Positions 19,929-30,461 of a DNA stretch of 64,000 nt are shown one piece after another (position 1 is the stretch's first letter; each line of letters starts with the position of its first letter). The position numbers and the translations under genes are program-made. Source of the DNA: Candidatus Poribacteria bacterium. Lineage in GTDB: Bacteria; Poribacteria; WGA-4E; WGA-3G. The DNA lies in the NCBI GenBank assembly GCA_965205015.1, contig OZ242029.1, forward strand, positions 3,328,001-3,392,000, written 5' to 3'. Under the pieces are notes generated by a model. It had not been told where the DNA came from and searched no databases. It worked only from the letters and a program-made list of their open reading frames with translations.

Positions 19929-21110
19929 ATGAAGAAACTTCTTAAAAAGATGCCAGGTATTGAGAACCTGTGCGACACAAAATCGTTGATCTTTATTGTT
20001 CTCACGGGTGTATTTTTGGCATGTTCTCTATCCAGCGTAAATGCTGAATTGACAGACTTAGAGGCGCGTGCGCGTGCGCGCGACATCGGCATCCAAATAG
20101 GAACCCTTCCAACAGGCATACACAATGCCATCACTGATGTAGCGGGTGTGAAAGTCGGACACATTACGCTAAACGAAGGCGATTCAATTCGTACGGGTGT
20201 TACCGCTATCCTTCCAAGTGATGATATTTGGACAGCACGCCTCTTCGGTGCGGCGCATGTCATTCACGGTAATGGTGAAGCAACCGGCATTGCCCGCATC
20301 AATCAAGCTGGATGGATTGAATCTCCCATTTTGCTTACAAATACACTCAGTGTCGGGGCGGTTCATGACGGTGTTGTGCGTTACATTGTAAAACGGTATC
20401 CAGATAACAATATTGTGCTGCCAATTGTGGCGGAGTGCTACGATGGTGGTTTGAACGATATCAGCGGACTCCACGTCACAGCACAGCATGCGATTGAAGC
20501 GATTGAGAACGCCACCGATGGTCTCGTAACCGAAGGAAGCGTTGGTGCCGGCACGGGCATGCGATGCTATGGGTTTAAAGCCGGTATCGGTACCGCCTCC
20601 CGCGTCCTACCTGAAGAACGCGGTGGATGGACAGTCGGTGTCCTCGTTAATTCCAATGGCGGTCGTCGTTCGCAGCTGCGAGTTGGTGGTGTCCCGGTCG
20701 GCAAAGAAATTAGCGGATCCCCACCGAAACCGGGTAGAGATGGCTCGTTCATTATTGTGATCGCAACAGATGCCCCGTTGACGCATCGCCAATTGAAACA
20801 GTTAGCGGTTCGCGCGACACATGGACTTGCGCGTACAGGCACACCGAGTACGGACGGGAGTGGAGAATTCGTCATCGCATTTTCTACCGCGAACATTTTC
20901 CCAAGTGGTACCGAAACCGGCACTTTTGAAATCCAAATGCTCGTCAATCGGCGTTTGAGTTCACTCTTTCAAGCTGTCATCGAAGCCACAGAAGAGGCTA
21001 TCATCAATTCCATGACAATGGCGACGACAACCACGGGACGCAATGGCAGAACGATGTACGCGATTCCGTTGGTGGCGTTGCAAAAGGTGATGAAAGCCTA
21101 TGGACATTGA
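19929..21110 (+). CDS. DmpA/P1 family (S58) aminopeptidase, secreted
   Basis: NAITDVAGVKVGH, EGSVGAGTGM, K.GIGTASR and the DG|SFII autocleavage site; N-terminal signal-like segment. Confidence 0.9.
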   Translation: MKKLLKKMPGIENLCDTKSLIFIVLTGVFLACSLSSVNAELTDLEARARARDIGIQIGTLPTGIHNAITDVAGVKVGHITLNEGDSIRTGVTAILPSDDIWTARLFGAAHVIHGNGEATGIARINQAGWIESPILLTNTLSVGAVHDGVVRYIVKRYPDNNIVLPIVAECYDGGLNDISGLHVTAQHAIEAIENATDGLVTEGSVGAGTGMRCYGFKAGIGTASRVLPEERGGWTVGVLVNSNGGRRSQLRVGGVPVGKEISGSPPKPGRDGSFIIVIATDAPLTHRQLKQLAVRATHGLARTGTPSTDGSGEFVIAFSTANIFPSGTETGTFEIQMLVNRRLSSLFQAVIEATEEAIINSMTMATTTTGRNGRTMYAIPLVALQKVMKAYGH

Positions 21111-21115
21111 ATGTG

Positions 21116-23272
21116 CTAAGCTGAACTGACACGATTCAGGTCAGGGGCAAGAGACGCTGGCACGACTTCGTAGTGTGAAAATTCCAATGTAAATGCCCCA
21201 CGTCCCTGTGTCATTGAGCGAAGCCGCGTTGTGTACTGGAACGTTTCTGACAGTGGAATGAAAGCATTGATGATGTTTTGTGTCGCTTGCGATGGGCGTC
21301 CGGTCTCGGAGATATCTTGGGTTGTGCTCTCATTAATCTGTGCCCGCCGGGAATTCAGGTCCCCAATGACTTTGCCAACATGCTCATCGGCAACAGTGAT
21401 ATGCATCCGCATGATGGGTTCTAACAACAAAGGATTCGCCTTTCTGATCGCATTTTCAAACGCCAAGACGGCTGCCGCTTCAAATGCGACTTCCGAAGAA
21501 TCCGTCGGATGATAGGAACCCCCCGTGAGCGTAACTTTTACGTCCTGCATCGGGTATCCGATGCGGGGACCTGTTCCCATAGCCCCTTCCAATGCCTTCT
21601 CAATAAACGGGACGTACTGCCGCGGAATTTGCGTTTCGTCTGTGTTATCCTCGAACTGGAATCCTTCCCCGCGCGCTAACGGCTCAACCGTTAGCAGTAC
21701 ATCACCATATATCCCTTCTTCATCTGTTTTATGGATATGCGTCCCGCGAGCCTCTGCGAACGTACTGATGGTTTCACGATACGCTACCTGCAGTTTGCTG
21801 ACCCGAGCGTTGACGCCGAATTCGCGTATCATGCGGTCTGTGAGAATTTCTAAGTGGAGTTCACCCATACCAGAGATGATCCGTTGTCCCGTTTCTTTGT
21901 CGATCCCGACAGTGAAAGTTGGATCCTCGTCCATCAATTTTTCGAGCGTCTCCTCCAAGGCATCAGCATCGCTTGCACGCTCCGGTTCAATGGCGATTGA
22001 AATCACTGGATCCGGGAAGGTAATGGATTCTAACAGAATCGGTTCTTTCGGATCCGTCAGCGTATCTCCTGTCTTGGTATCCTTAAGTCCAACAAGTGCA
22101 ACAATATCACCGGCGGAAGCGGCGTCACAGACTGCCTCCTTATTGGCGTGCATCTGTAAGATACGGTTAATCCGTTCCCGTTTTTCGGAACGGACGTTGT
22201 AGACAGCCTCCCCGCGTTTGAGCACGCCTGAATAGATACGGCAGTATACGAGTTTGTCCACCGTTGGATGGTTTGCCACTTTAAATGCCAATGCTGAAAA
22301 TGGAGCGTTGTCATTTGGGACGCGTGTCACTATATCCTGCGCTTCGGATGCGTTTTTGGGGCGCGTGGAACGTTCCCGTCCAGAATCGGCATCTGGCACA
22401 GTCCCTTCAATAGGGGGGACGTCAATAGGGGACGGCAGAAAATCAATAACCGAATCCAATAGCGGTTGAACGCCTTGATTCTTTAGGGAACTTCCACAAA
22501 GCACGGGGAAGAGTTTCCCTTGCAACGTCGCTGCGCGGATACCGGTTCGTAACTCGGCGTGGGTTATCTCTTCACCTCCCAAGTATTTTTCAAGCAACGC
22601 CTCATCTTCGACAGCGACATTCTCGTAGAGAGTTTCCCGTGCTTGTGCGACTTCATCTTGAAATTCAGGTGGAATCTCTGCCTCTACGTACGTCTGCCCG
22701 AGATCGGTTGTATCCCAGTGCATCGCCTTCTGCGTCACGAGATCGATAACACCGGCGAAATCTGCTCCTTCACCCATCGGTAATTGGAGGGGGAGTGGAG
22801 TGGCGCCTAACTGTTCCCGCATCATTTCCAGAACGCGAGTGAAATTGGCACCAACCCTATCCATCTTATTAACGAAGACGATGCGCGGCACATCGTAGCG
22901 TTCGGCTTGACGCCAAACCGTTTCTGACTGCGGCTCGACCCCGCCGACAGCACAGAAAAGGGCAATCGCCCCATCCAAAACTCGCAGGGATCGTTCCACT
23001 TCTACTGTGAAATCGACGTGTCCGGGGGTATCAATGAGGTGAATTGCGTGTTCTCGCCAGAAACAGGTCGTCGCGGCGGCAGTAATTGTTACACCACGTT
23101 CTCGTTCCTGCACCATCCAATCCATCTCAGCAGTGCCGTCATCCACCGCGCCGATCTTATGCTTTTTACCGGTGTAAAAAAGAATCCGTTCAGTTGTGGT
23201 TGTTTTGCCCGCATCAATGTGCGCTGCAATGCCGATATTGCGTAGGTTTTCAATTGGATATTCGCGTGCCAT
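21116..23272 (-). CDS. fusA: Elongation factor G paralog (stand-alone, divergent domain IV)
   Basis: [34 protein letters not shown] and LLEPIM. Confidence 0.9.
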   Translation of the reverse strand: MAREYPIENLRNIGIAAHIDAGKTTTTERILFYTGKKHKIGAVDDGTAEMDWMVQERERGVTITAAATTCFWREHAIHLIDTPGHVDFTVEVERSLRVLDGAIALFCAVGGVEPQSETVWRQAERYDVPRIVFVNKMDRVGANFTRVLEMMREQLGATPLPLQLPMGEGADFAGVIDLVTQKAMHWDTTDLGQTYVEAEIPPEFQDEVAQARETLYENVAVEDEALLEKYLGGEEITHAELRTGIRAATLQGKLFPVLCGSSLKNQGVQPLLDSVIDFLPSPIDVPPIEGTVPDADSGRERSTRPKNASEAQDIVTRVPNDNAPFSALAFKVANHPTVDKLVYCRIYSGVLKRGEAVYNVRSEKRERINRILQMHANKEAVCDAASAGDIVALVGLKDTKTGDTLTDPKEPILLESITFPDPVISIAIEPERASDADALEETLEKLMDEDPTFTVGIDKETGQRIISGMGELHLEILTDRMIREFGVNARVSKLQVAYRETISTFAEARGTHIHKTDEEGIYGDVLLTVEPLARGEGFQFEDNTDETQIPRQYVPFIEKALEGAMGTGPRIGYPMQDVKVTLTGGSYHPTDSSEVAFEAAAVLAFENAIRKANPLLLEPIMRMHITVADEHVGKVIGDLNSRRAQINESTTQDISETGRPSQATQNIINAFIPLSETFQYTTRLRSMTQGRGAFTLEFSHYEVVPASLAPDLNRVSSA

Positions 23273-23293
23273 GTTTTCCTTACAAATTTGTGC

Positions 23294-24295
23294 TTATCTG
23301 TTATCGTTCCATTGAAGGATGACGCCGAGTAAACCTGGGTTCCATGCCATGAGGAGTTGATACGCTTTTGATGCCTCTTCTCCCGGGACGCGATGGCTAA
23401 TCAATGGAATAACGTTGAACCGTTTCTGAGCGATGAGCGATAACAACAAGCGGCTATCCGCTTCAAGGGTCCAGAAGTGGGGTGAGGTCTCTTGACGCGG
23501 GCGGATGGAATTGTGGGCACCATACAAAATGAGACCTTTTTTATGCACATCGCGATAGAAATTTACGCTCGGTGTTTCTCCACGGGTACTTGCCAACAAC
23601 ACGACGCGCGCGCCCCGTCCTGCGACATCTAAAGCGGTAGTGATTGCGTCTGGGTGTCCAGTTGCCTCAATAATAATTGCGGGTCCATTGCCTTGCGTCG
23701 CCTCCTCTAACTGTGCGGAGAAATCAGTATCTTCGGGATTGAAGGTGTAGTCTGCGCCTATTCTTTTAGAGATTTCGAGGCGACTGTCGGTGAGATCTGC
23801 AGCAATAAGCGGCAGGGCGCCGCTCAATTTTGAGAGTTGCATCGCCAGCAAGCCGATAAGTCCTTGTCCCAAGACCAAGGTCGCTTCTCCCAATTCAATC
23901 CGCGCTTTCCGAACACCTTGCAAGGCAATCGCGCCGAGATTAAAGAAGACGGCTTCTTCGGCTGGAACATCGGCGGATGCTATCTTTAGCAAGCGACGTG
24001 GCGAAGCCGCAAAGTGGCTGGTATGTCCTTGGGTTGAAGCGACTCGATCACCTACTTCCCAATCTGTGATTGCTTTTCCGACCTCTACGATTGTGCCAAT
24101 ATTGCTATAACCGGGACGGGTCGGATACCTTCCTTGAGCATTTGGAAGTCCCAATAGAAACGCGCGTTCCGTGCCGGGACTGATGAGTGTGCATTCCGTT
24201 TCAACAAGTACTTCATCATCGCCGACAGGTGGCAGCGTAAACGTCTCAATGTCAACTTTGGCGCGATCGGGCCATACAACCCGTTGTGCTTCCAT
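23294..24295 (-). CDS. Zinc-binding/MDR family alcohol dehydrogenase-like oxidoreductase
   Basis: ISPGTE, PGYS..G and GQGLIG Rossmann motif, plus IEATG. Confidence 0.85.
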   Translation of the reverse strand: MEAQRVVWPDRAKVDIETFTLPPVGDDEVLVETECTLISPGTERAFLLGLPNAQGRYPTRPGYSNIGTIVEVGKAITDWEVGDRVASTQGHTSHFAASPRRLLKIASADVPAEEAVFFNLGAIALQGVRKARIELGEATLVLGQGLIGLLAMQLSKLSGALPLIAADLTDSRLEISKRIGADYTFNPEDTDFSAQLEEATQGNGPAIIIEATGHPDAITTALDVAGRGARVVLLASTRGETPSVNFYRDVHKKGLILYGAHNSIRPRQETSPHFWTLEADSRLLLSLIAQKRFNVIPLISHRVPGEEASKAYQLLMAWNPGLLGVILQWNDNR

Positions 24296-24327
24296 CTCCT
24301 TAACCTGAACCTCTTAATATTAAGAAA

Positions 24328-24369
24328 GGATAGTTGTTTTCCTGGAGTATACCAGAAAGACAACTATCC
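24328..24369 (-). terminator. Probable terminator hairpin after degP
   Basis: GGATAGTTGT...ACAACTATCC inverted repeat, followed by TTTCTT on the minus strand. Confidence 0.5.
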
Positions 24370-24418
24370 GTCAAGCATTAATCCGTGAACACACAGTATA
24401 GTGGATCCACCGTATTAA

Positions 24419-26038
24419 TTATCTGTCCGATGTGGAAACTTTTATGGTAACATATCCGCCCCTCTGTCCATTCGGCGACTTAACATAGAGAAGCACCTGT
24501 TTTTTATTTTCGTTTGTGAGTTGTTCCGCAAGCCGGGAATACGACTCAAGGTCGTCAATGGATATCCACTCCATTTCTTGAATGAGGGATCCGATGACGA
24601 TACCTTTTTTTGCAGCGTCACTACCGCGTTCAACCTGTGTGACAATTACACCCTTTTCACCTGATGGATAGCCGTAACGTTCAGCAATCGCTGGCGTCAG
24701 ATTTTGTACGCGAATCCCCGCAAAGGATTCTGTCTCTACAGATGGAGACTCTTTCTCCTCAGACTCATTGAGTGCAGCACTCACTTCTTGGGTACGTTTA
24801 CCCAACTTAACAGTTAATTGCTTTTCTTTGCCGCCTTTCCGTAAGACGACGACATCAACAGATTTGCCTACCTTTGTCGCACCGACAACATGCCTGAGAT
24901 GACTCCAATCTCGGATTTCTTGGCCATCAAAAGAGACGATAACATCACCTCTTTGAATTCCTGCTTTTTGAGCAGGACTCTTCATTCCAACCGTTTCGAC
25001 GAGCACGCCCCGCGGAATTGCAAGGTTCAGTTTTTCTGCCAAGTCTCGATCGACGGCGCGCATTCTAATGCCGAGCCAGCCGCGTTCCACCTCGCCATGC
25101 TCAATCAGCTGAATCATGTTATTTCGTGCGGTGTTACTCGGAATGGCGAAACCGAGCCCGATGTTTCCCATGGAAAAATTACTCGCGATCATGGTGTTAA
25201 TACCGACTAATTCCCCGCGGATGTTAATCAGAGCTCCGCCACTGTTACCGCGATTAATCGGGGCATCTGTTTGAATGAAACTACTGAACGGGATATTGCC
25301 AACCTTATCTCTACCTTTCGCACTAACGATACCGCGTGTTACGGTCTGCGATAAATTAAACGGCGTTCCGATTGCAATAACCCACTCGCCGACCTCAAGT
25401 GCGTCCGAATCCCCAAATGCGAGTGCCGGAAGGTCTTTTGCTTCAATTTTAACCACTGCTAAATCGCTACCACCCCCATTACGAAGTGCTGGGTCGCTAC
25501 CGACTAATTTCGCTTCATACGCGTGCCCGGTTGCCAAGGTGACTGTAATTTCATCGGCACCATCAATGACATGATTATTGGTAAGGATATAGCCATCCTC
25601 ACTCACAATTACGCCAGACCCGATGCCTTGTGCAGGGGGCAGATTCGGGAGTGGTTGGCGCGGCTCTTGTTGCAGGCGCGGTGGGCGTTCTTCAAAAAAG
25701 AATCTGAACGGGGAATCATCACCGAAAAAGCGTCTAAACTCCTCAGGGGACATCTCTTCTCTTTGTGATGTGTCAATTCTAACTCGTTCTGTTTTTGTTG
25801 TAATTTGGACAACAGCAGGACGCGTCTGCGCCACTAAATCAATAAATGCTCGATTTGCCCGTTCCAAGTGCAGAAAATCTTCTGATGTTTGAAGTGTATC
25901 GTTCGTCTGCCCGACGGCCGTCTGTAGCGTGAATTCATTTGTGTCTCGGTCAATGATAACTCCTGCCGCGACAATAAGAACTGCTAAAACCAAAATTACC
26001 CGTACGGTGTTACGCAGTGTGTTGCTGAGTCTGAACAT
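24419..26038 (-). CDS. degP: Do/DegP (HtrA) serine endoprotease with two PDZ domains
   Basis: TNNHV, SDLAV and QTDAPINRGNSGG catalytic triad motifs; RGWLGI PDZ start; N-terminal anchor. Confidence 0.9.
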   Translation of the reverse strand: MFRLSNTLRNTVRVILVLAVLIVAAGVIIDRDTNEFTLQTAVGQTNDTLQTSEDFLHLERANRAFIDLVAQTRPAVVQITTKTERVRIDTSQREEMSPEEFRRFFGDDSPFRFFFEERPPRLQQEPRQPLPNLPPAQGIGSGVIVSEDGYILTNNHVIDGADEITVTLATGHAYEAKLVGSDPALRNGGGSDLAVVKIEAKDLPALAFGDSDALEVGEWVIAIGTPFNLSQTVTRGIVSAKGRDKVGNIPFSSFIQTDAPINRGNSGGALINIRGELVGINTMIASNFSMGNIGLGFAIPSNTARNNMIQLIEHGEVERGWLGIRMRAVDRDLAEKLNLAIPRGVLVETVGMKSPAQKAGIQRGDVIVSFDGQEIRDWSHLRHVVGATKVGKSVDVVVLRKGGKEKQLTVKLGKRTQEVSAALNESEEKESPSVETESFAGIRVQNLTPAIAERYGYPSGEKGVIVTQVERGSDAAKKGIVIGSLIQEMEWISIDDLESYSRLAEQLTNENKKQVLLYVKSPNGQRGGYVTIKVSTSDR

Positions 26039-26218
26039 GATATAAAACCTCCGATGTAATTAAGTGTTAGGTCCGATCCTGGAGGCGGCCGGAACCGTGT
26101 ATTTTTTATTTTTTCTGCTTACGTTCTAAAGACACACCTATTAGAAAATAAAGTTGCAAAAAAGTTTGGAAAAAATGTAGTGTGTTTACAAACCTACGGT
26201 GTGTCGATCGAATTCTAT

Positions 26219-26569
26219 TCATTCTCCCTGTGAAATCCGTTCTACGTGTTCGCGGACGATGTGTTCGGGTGATAGTCGAATAAATAGCCACGCACCCGGT
26301 ACAAGAATCACGAACGCCCCGATGAGCAAATCGTCAATCCGACCAAAGACAGGGATAAAATCGAAATCAAGCGGATTCACCAAGTAGGCGATAGCGAAAA
26401 TGACTGCCAATAGTTCGGCAAGGATAAGAATCGCCTTCCGATAGATAGGGACGCGTTCATCGACAAACAGCCGCCAGGTCAGTTTGACGAAATTTGGGAA
26501 ATGGAGGAGCAGGCGGAAAAATCGAAAGGGACCGGGTTTATTACCGCCGGAGAAAAAAGAGTTCATCAT
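26219..26569 (-). CDS. DUF1232 (YkvA) family membrane protein
   Basis: D.RVP...K and Y..NPLDFDFIPVFGRIDD motif; start codon uncertain. Confidence 0.8.
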   Translation of the reverse strand: MMNSFFSGGNKPGPFRFFRLLLHFPNFVKLTWRLFVDERVPIYRKAILILAELLAVIFAIAYLVNPLDFDFIPVFGRIDDLLIGAFVILVPGAWLFIRLSPEHIVREHVERISQGE

Positions 26570-26706
26570 ATTTAAAAGTTTACCAAAACCGTTTTTTATG
26601 TGCAAATCAATTTTTTAGAAGTTATCAGTTTCAGCATTAATTTGACTGTCAAGTTCCTTTTTGGTATACTACCAGAAATAGGATATGTTGGATACAAGGA
26701 GTACTT

Positions 26707-27492
26707 ATGGCACCACAAAGGGCACTATCGGCGAAGCAAATCGCCGCCCAGCTTTACACGGTTCGGGAATTTACCAAAACCGAAACTGATATCGCCGCAA
26801 CGATGCAAAAGGTTCGGCAACTCGGATATGAGGCGGTGCAATGTTCGGCGCTCGGTCCAATTGAACCCGCTGCATTGAAGAACATTGTTGACGGTGAAGG
26901 CCTCAGTATCATCGCAACACATACAAGTTACGAACGGATGCGCGACGAACCACAATCTGTTATTGATGAACATCAATTGTGGGGATGCAAACATGCCGCA
27001 ATTGGCGGACTTCCCGGTGAATACCGAACCGCAGAGGGGTATGGCAGGTTTGCGAGGGAGGCATCGGCAGTCGCGGCGCGCCTTGCTGAAGGCGGCTTGA
27101 CTTTCTCCTATCATAACCACAGTTTTGAATTGGAGCGCTATAACGGACGCACTGGGTTAGAGATTCTGTACGCGGAGAGCGATCCGAATTGCTTTAAAAG
27201 TGAACTGGATACTTATTGGATTCAGCACGGGGGTGGCGATCCAGCGGCATGGATTCGCCAGTTAAAAGGGCGCGCCGATATCATCCATCTCAAGGATATG
27301 GCGATGCAAGGTTCTACACAACGCTTCGCAGAAGTCGGTGAAGGTAATCTTAATTGGGAGGCGATTCTGAACGCTTGTATCTATGCGGAGGTTGAGTGGT
27401 ATATTATCGAACAGGACACCTGTTATGAACGGGATCCGTTTGAAAGTTTAGGCATCAGTCTCAGAAATCTCAAAGAGATGGGGTTTGCTTAA
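26707..27492 (+). CDS. Sugar phosphate isomerase/epimerase (xylose isomerase-like TIM barrel)
   Basis: QLYTVR, YHNHSFE, ELDTYW, HLKD, EVGEG and IIEQD. Confidence 0.88.
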   Translation: MAPQRALSAKQIAAQLYTVREFTKTETDIAATMQKVRQLGYEAVQCSALGPIEPAALKNIVDGEGLSIIATHTSYERMRDEPQSVIDEHQLWGCKHAAIGGLPGEYRTAEGYGRFAREASAVAARLAEGGLTFSYHNHSFELERYNGRTGLEILYAESDPNCFKSELDTYWIQHGGGDPAAWIRQLKGRADIIHLKDMAMQGSTQRFAEVGEGNLNWEAILNACIYAEVEWYIIEQDTCYERDPFESLGISLRNLKEMGFA

Positions 27493-27712
27493 ACGTATTG
27501 CGTTCTTATCTAATGGGGGGCAAGTCTCCGTGTTGATTCTAAAACGATCGTGATATACGGGGATCTTGCCTTATATTTTAAACGGAAAATCAAGAAAGGA
27601 TTGAGCGCAGACCATAACCCAGAGAGTTGAGTGGGAGACCTTTCAACTCTCAATACGGAATCAATTGACGTGTCGCGTACAGAGGCAAATATTGAGCAAC
27701 GCTCAATTTTTT

Positions 27713-27742
27713 TTGACATTATACAGTGATTTGTGATACAAT
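27713..27742 (+). promoter_or_regulatory. Sigma-70-type promoter for tRNA-Pro/hom
   Basis: TTGACA-18 nt-TACAAT with an extended -10 TG. Confidence 0.5.
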
Positions 27743-27797
27743 TAAGATTTGATACACTTAAGACTTGATGCGAGTATAAGGAAATTGATTCTCCGAA

Positions 27798-27871
27798 CGG
27801 GGCGTGGCGCAGCCCGGAAGCGCGCTTGAATGGGGTTCAAGAGGTCGCTGGTTCGAATCCAGTCGCCCCGA
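27798..27871 (+). tRNA. tRNA-Pro(GGG); CCA not encoded
   Basis: Acceptor CGGGGCG/CGCCCCG-A, anticodon arm CTTGA-ATGGGGT-TCAAG, T-arm GCTGG-TTCGAAT-CCAGT. Confidence 0.95.
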
Positions 27872-27946
27872 TCACTGAATATACAATATCGTCGTATAAA
27901 TAGTGTATCGCTCGATAAATAGCAAAGAAAGGAGGGAGTTGCAGTA

Positions 27947-29269
27947 GTGAACAAGTCGTGTATTAATGTTGGCATTTTAGGGTGGGGTACTGTCGGCACA
28001 GGCGTTTCCAAAATCCTGATGAATCAGAATTCCCTCATCGCCAAAAATAGTGGCACCGAATTATGCCTAAAAAAAATAGTAAAGCGGACCTTACCTGCGA
28101 TGCGGCAAGGTGTTGACCTTCCTATGGATTGTCTGACAACTGATCCCGCAGAAGTCGTTGATAATCCAGAAATCGATATTGTTGTTGAACTTATCGGTGG
28201 TGCCACAACAGCCCACTCGCTCATTAGGCGCGCAATCCAAAATGGCAAACACGTCGTTACAGCAAACAAAGCCCTTCTTGCAGAACACGGTGGTGAACTG
28301 TTCCAACTGGCTTCAGAACACCAAGTCAGTCTCAATTTCGAGGCAAGTACGGCAGGCGGTATTCCGATCATCAAAACCCTACAAGAGAGTTTCGCTGGCA
28401 ACCAGATTCACTCTCTTTATGGTATTGTGAATGGGACGTGTAACTACATTTTGACCGAAATGCACGAGCGTGCTGTGGACTTTTCAGATGTGCTCAAAGT
28501 TGCCCAGGACAAGGGGTACGCCGAAGCTGATCCAACGCTTGACGTTGAAGGAATTGATGCTGCACAAAAACTCATTCTCCTGATCGCCCTCGCCTATCGG
28601 AGTAATATCTCGTTATCGCAATTCCATGTTGAAGGTATTACAAGTATCACCCAGAAAGAGATTCAATACGCTCGCGAACTCGGTTACGTCATTAAGCTCT
28701 TGGCAATCGCGAAACTCACCGACGGAAATCGTGTGGAAGCACGTGTGCATCCGACACTCGTGCCGGAGCGGAGTTTGTTAGCGAATGTCAGTGGGGCATT
28801 TAACGCGGTTTGTGTGATCGGTGACGCCGTCGGTCCGACCCTTTTTTATGGACAGGGGGCTGGCGAGATGCCAACGGCAAGTGCTGTTGTTGCTGATATC
28901 ATTGATGCCGCGAAATCTGTGCAGCAAGGCATAAGCACGCCAATTTCACGAGCATGGCTTTCAGGCGCACCGGCGGAAGTGGGTGTATGTCCTATTGACG
29001 ATATTGAGACGCGGTATTACATCCGTTTTGTGGTTGCTGACCGACCCGGCGTTCTCGCAAAAATCGGGACGATTTTGGGGAACTGGCAGATTAGCATCGC
29101 CTCCGTCATCCAAAAGGATCCGCATGGTATGGAGACCGTGTCCCTGGTGATGTTGACGCACGAGGCACAAGAGAAAAACATGAAATCCGCGCTTGCAGAG
29201 ATTTATACACTCGAAGATGTAAAGGACGAGGCACAACTCATTCGAATCGAAGAAGAAGTCGATTTTTAA
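27947..29269 (+). CDS. hom: Homoserine dehydrogenase with C-terminal ACT domain
   Basis: GWGTVG, VVTANKAL, GIVNGTCNYIL, GYAEADPTLDVEGIDAA.K, GQGAG..PTASAV and DRPGVLA. Confidence 0.95.
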   Translation: MNKSCINVGILGWGTVGTGVSKILMNQNSLIAKNSGTELCLKKIVKRTLPAMRQGVDLPMDCLTTDPAEVVDNPEIDIVVELIGGATTAHSLIRRAIQNGKHVVTANKALLAEHGGELFQLASEHQVSLNFEASTAGGIPIIKTLQESFAGNQIHSLYGIVNGTCNYILTEMHERAVDFSDVLKVAQDKGYAEADPTLDVEGIDAAQKLILLIALAYRSNISLSQFHVEGITSITQKEIQYARELGYVIKLLAIAKLTDGNRVEARVHPTLVPERSLLANVSGAFNAVCVIGDAVGPTLFYGQGAGEMPTASAVVADIIDAAKSVQQGISTPISRAWLSGAPAEVGVCPIDDIETRYYIRFVVADRPGVLAKIGTILGNWQISIASVIQKDPHGMETVSLVMLTHEAQEKNMKSALAEIYTLEDVKDEAQLIRIEEEVDF

Positions 29270-29385
29270 ATAGTCATCAGCGGTCAGCCGTCAGTTAAAT
29301 AAAAAGGGGTCTGATAGTTCGAACACCTCTTGTTACTGACAACTGAAAGGATTTTGAAAAATCCGTGCTGACAGTCGAAAGTCCA
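29270..29385. repeat. Heptamer-armed intergenic element, family A
   Basis: GTCATCA-GCGGTCA-GCCGTCA-GTTAAA...TTACTGACAACTGA. Confidence 0.6.
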
Positions 29386-29405
29386 TAGTCAGGACCGAGG
29401 TCACA

Positions 29406-29987
29406 TTGAAAATGAAGGAAGGCGTCAAAGATACTTTAGTGTTCAACGTGAAAGACCTTCGACACGAGGACTTTAAGGAATACAAAGCACTTGTACCGTC
29501 CGAATCCCTCGATTTGACTTACGAGGAAGCAAAATTTATTCAGCCGTTGTCATGCAGCGTCGGGCTCTTTCGTCAAGGTGGCGACAATATTTATATAACC
29601 ACCGATGTCAATACGACTATTTTGGTGGAATGTCGACGCTGTATCAACCCGCTTGAGGTCGACATAGTGGCTACACTCGGTTTGCTATTTTCTATGGGGA
29701 ATGCATCGTCAGAACCGGATGAAGATGATCAAAGATACTATGACGGGGAAACTTTAGATATTTCAGAAGATGTCCGGCGGGCACTTGTGCTTGAAATACC
29801 GACATGGTCGCTCTGTTCCGAGGCGTGCAGAGGTTTATGTCCAGAATGCGGGACGGATCTCAACGTGACAGAATGCTCCTGTGAAATGACGGATGAGCCA
29901 TCGCTCCCCGCCTCTAACTCCCTGAGCGCGCAGCTTGCAAGTGCATTTTCCAAAGCCGGTTCTCGTAAAAATACTGACAACAGTTGA
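29406..29987 (+). CDS. YceD/DUF177 family protein
   Basis: ECRRC and LCSEACRGLCPECG.DLN...CSC; conserved position upstream of rpmF. Confidence 0.9.
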   Translation: MKMKEGVKDTLVFNVKDLRHEDFKEYKALVPSESLDLTYEEAKFIQPLSCSVGLFRQGGDNIYITTDVNTTILVECRRCINPLEVDIVATLGLLFSMGNASSEPDEDDQRYYDGETLDISEDVRRALVLEIPTWSLCSEACRGLCPECGTDLNVTECSCEMTDEPSLPASNSLSAQLASAFSKAGSRKNTDNS

Positions 29988-30059
29988 AATCAGAATAAAT
30001 ACTTTAAGGTGTACGCGTGATTCACCTATCGCGATTTTGTAACATAAAGGAGATAAGCC

Positions 30060-30245
30060 ATGGCGCATCCGAAACGGAGGACGTCAAAATCGAAGAAAAG
30101 AATGCGGCGGAGCCATAACGCGCTCCATGATAAAGCCATAAGTGTCTGTTCATACTGCGGAGAGACGATTATTTCTCACCGCGTCTGTTCCGAATGTGGG
30201 CATTACAATGGACGGCCCGTATTAAAATCTGCGGATGAGGCATAG
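30060..30245 (+). CDS. rpmF: 50S ribosomal protein L32 (Zn-binding type)
   Basis: MAHPKRRTSKSKKRMRRSH...CSYCG...HRVCSECG.Y. Confidence 0.96.
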   Translation: MAHPKRRTSKSKKRMRRSHNALHDKAISVCSYCGETIISHRVCSECGHYNGRPVLKSADEA

Positions 30246-30461
30246 ATCACGGTTCGTTAGAAACCAACGAGGATAGATTTTTTACACGTTTTGGTACGTC
30301 CATTTCAACATAAGAAACCTGCAACGGTGCCTTAGAACGCCAGCGCGGTGTTTTTGATTGGGGTTTTTGCAATGTAATACAAGGAACGGATTTATTCTAT
30401 TCCGAGACTAAATCCGGTATTTCTGCGGATTTCTCCAGGAAACGGTACTTACGAGAGAGAT

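Noticed and set aside
19654-20263. ORFs inside or overlapping the IscB-like element (19654-19863 +, 19754-20263 -)
   Set aside because: No PLMP, RuvC, HNH or Y1 motifs; the longer one is antisense to dmpA.
27515-27655. Two hairpins upstream of the tRNA promoter as a possible ncRNA
   Set aside because: No recognisable family motifs; more simply a terminator or repeat remnant.
27798-27900. tRNA-Pro as an integration site
   Set aside because: I found no integrase and no duplicated tRNA 3' end in the window; the flanks are housekeeping genes.
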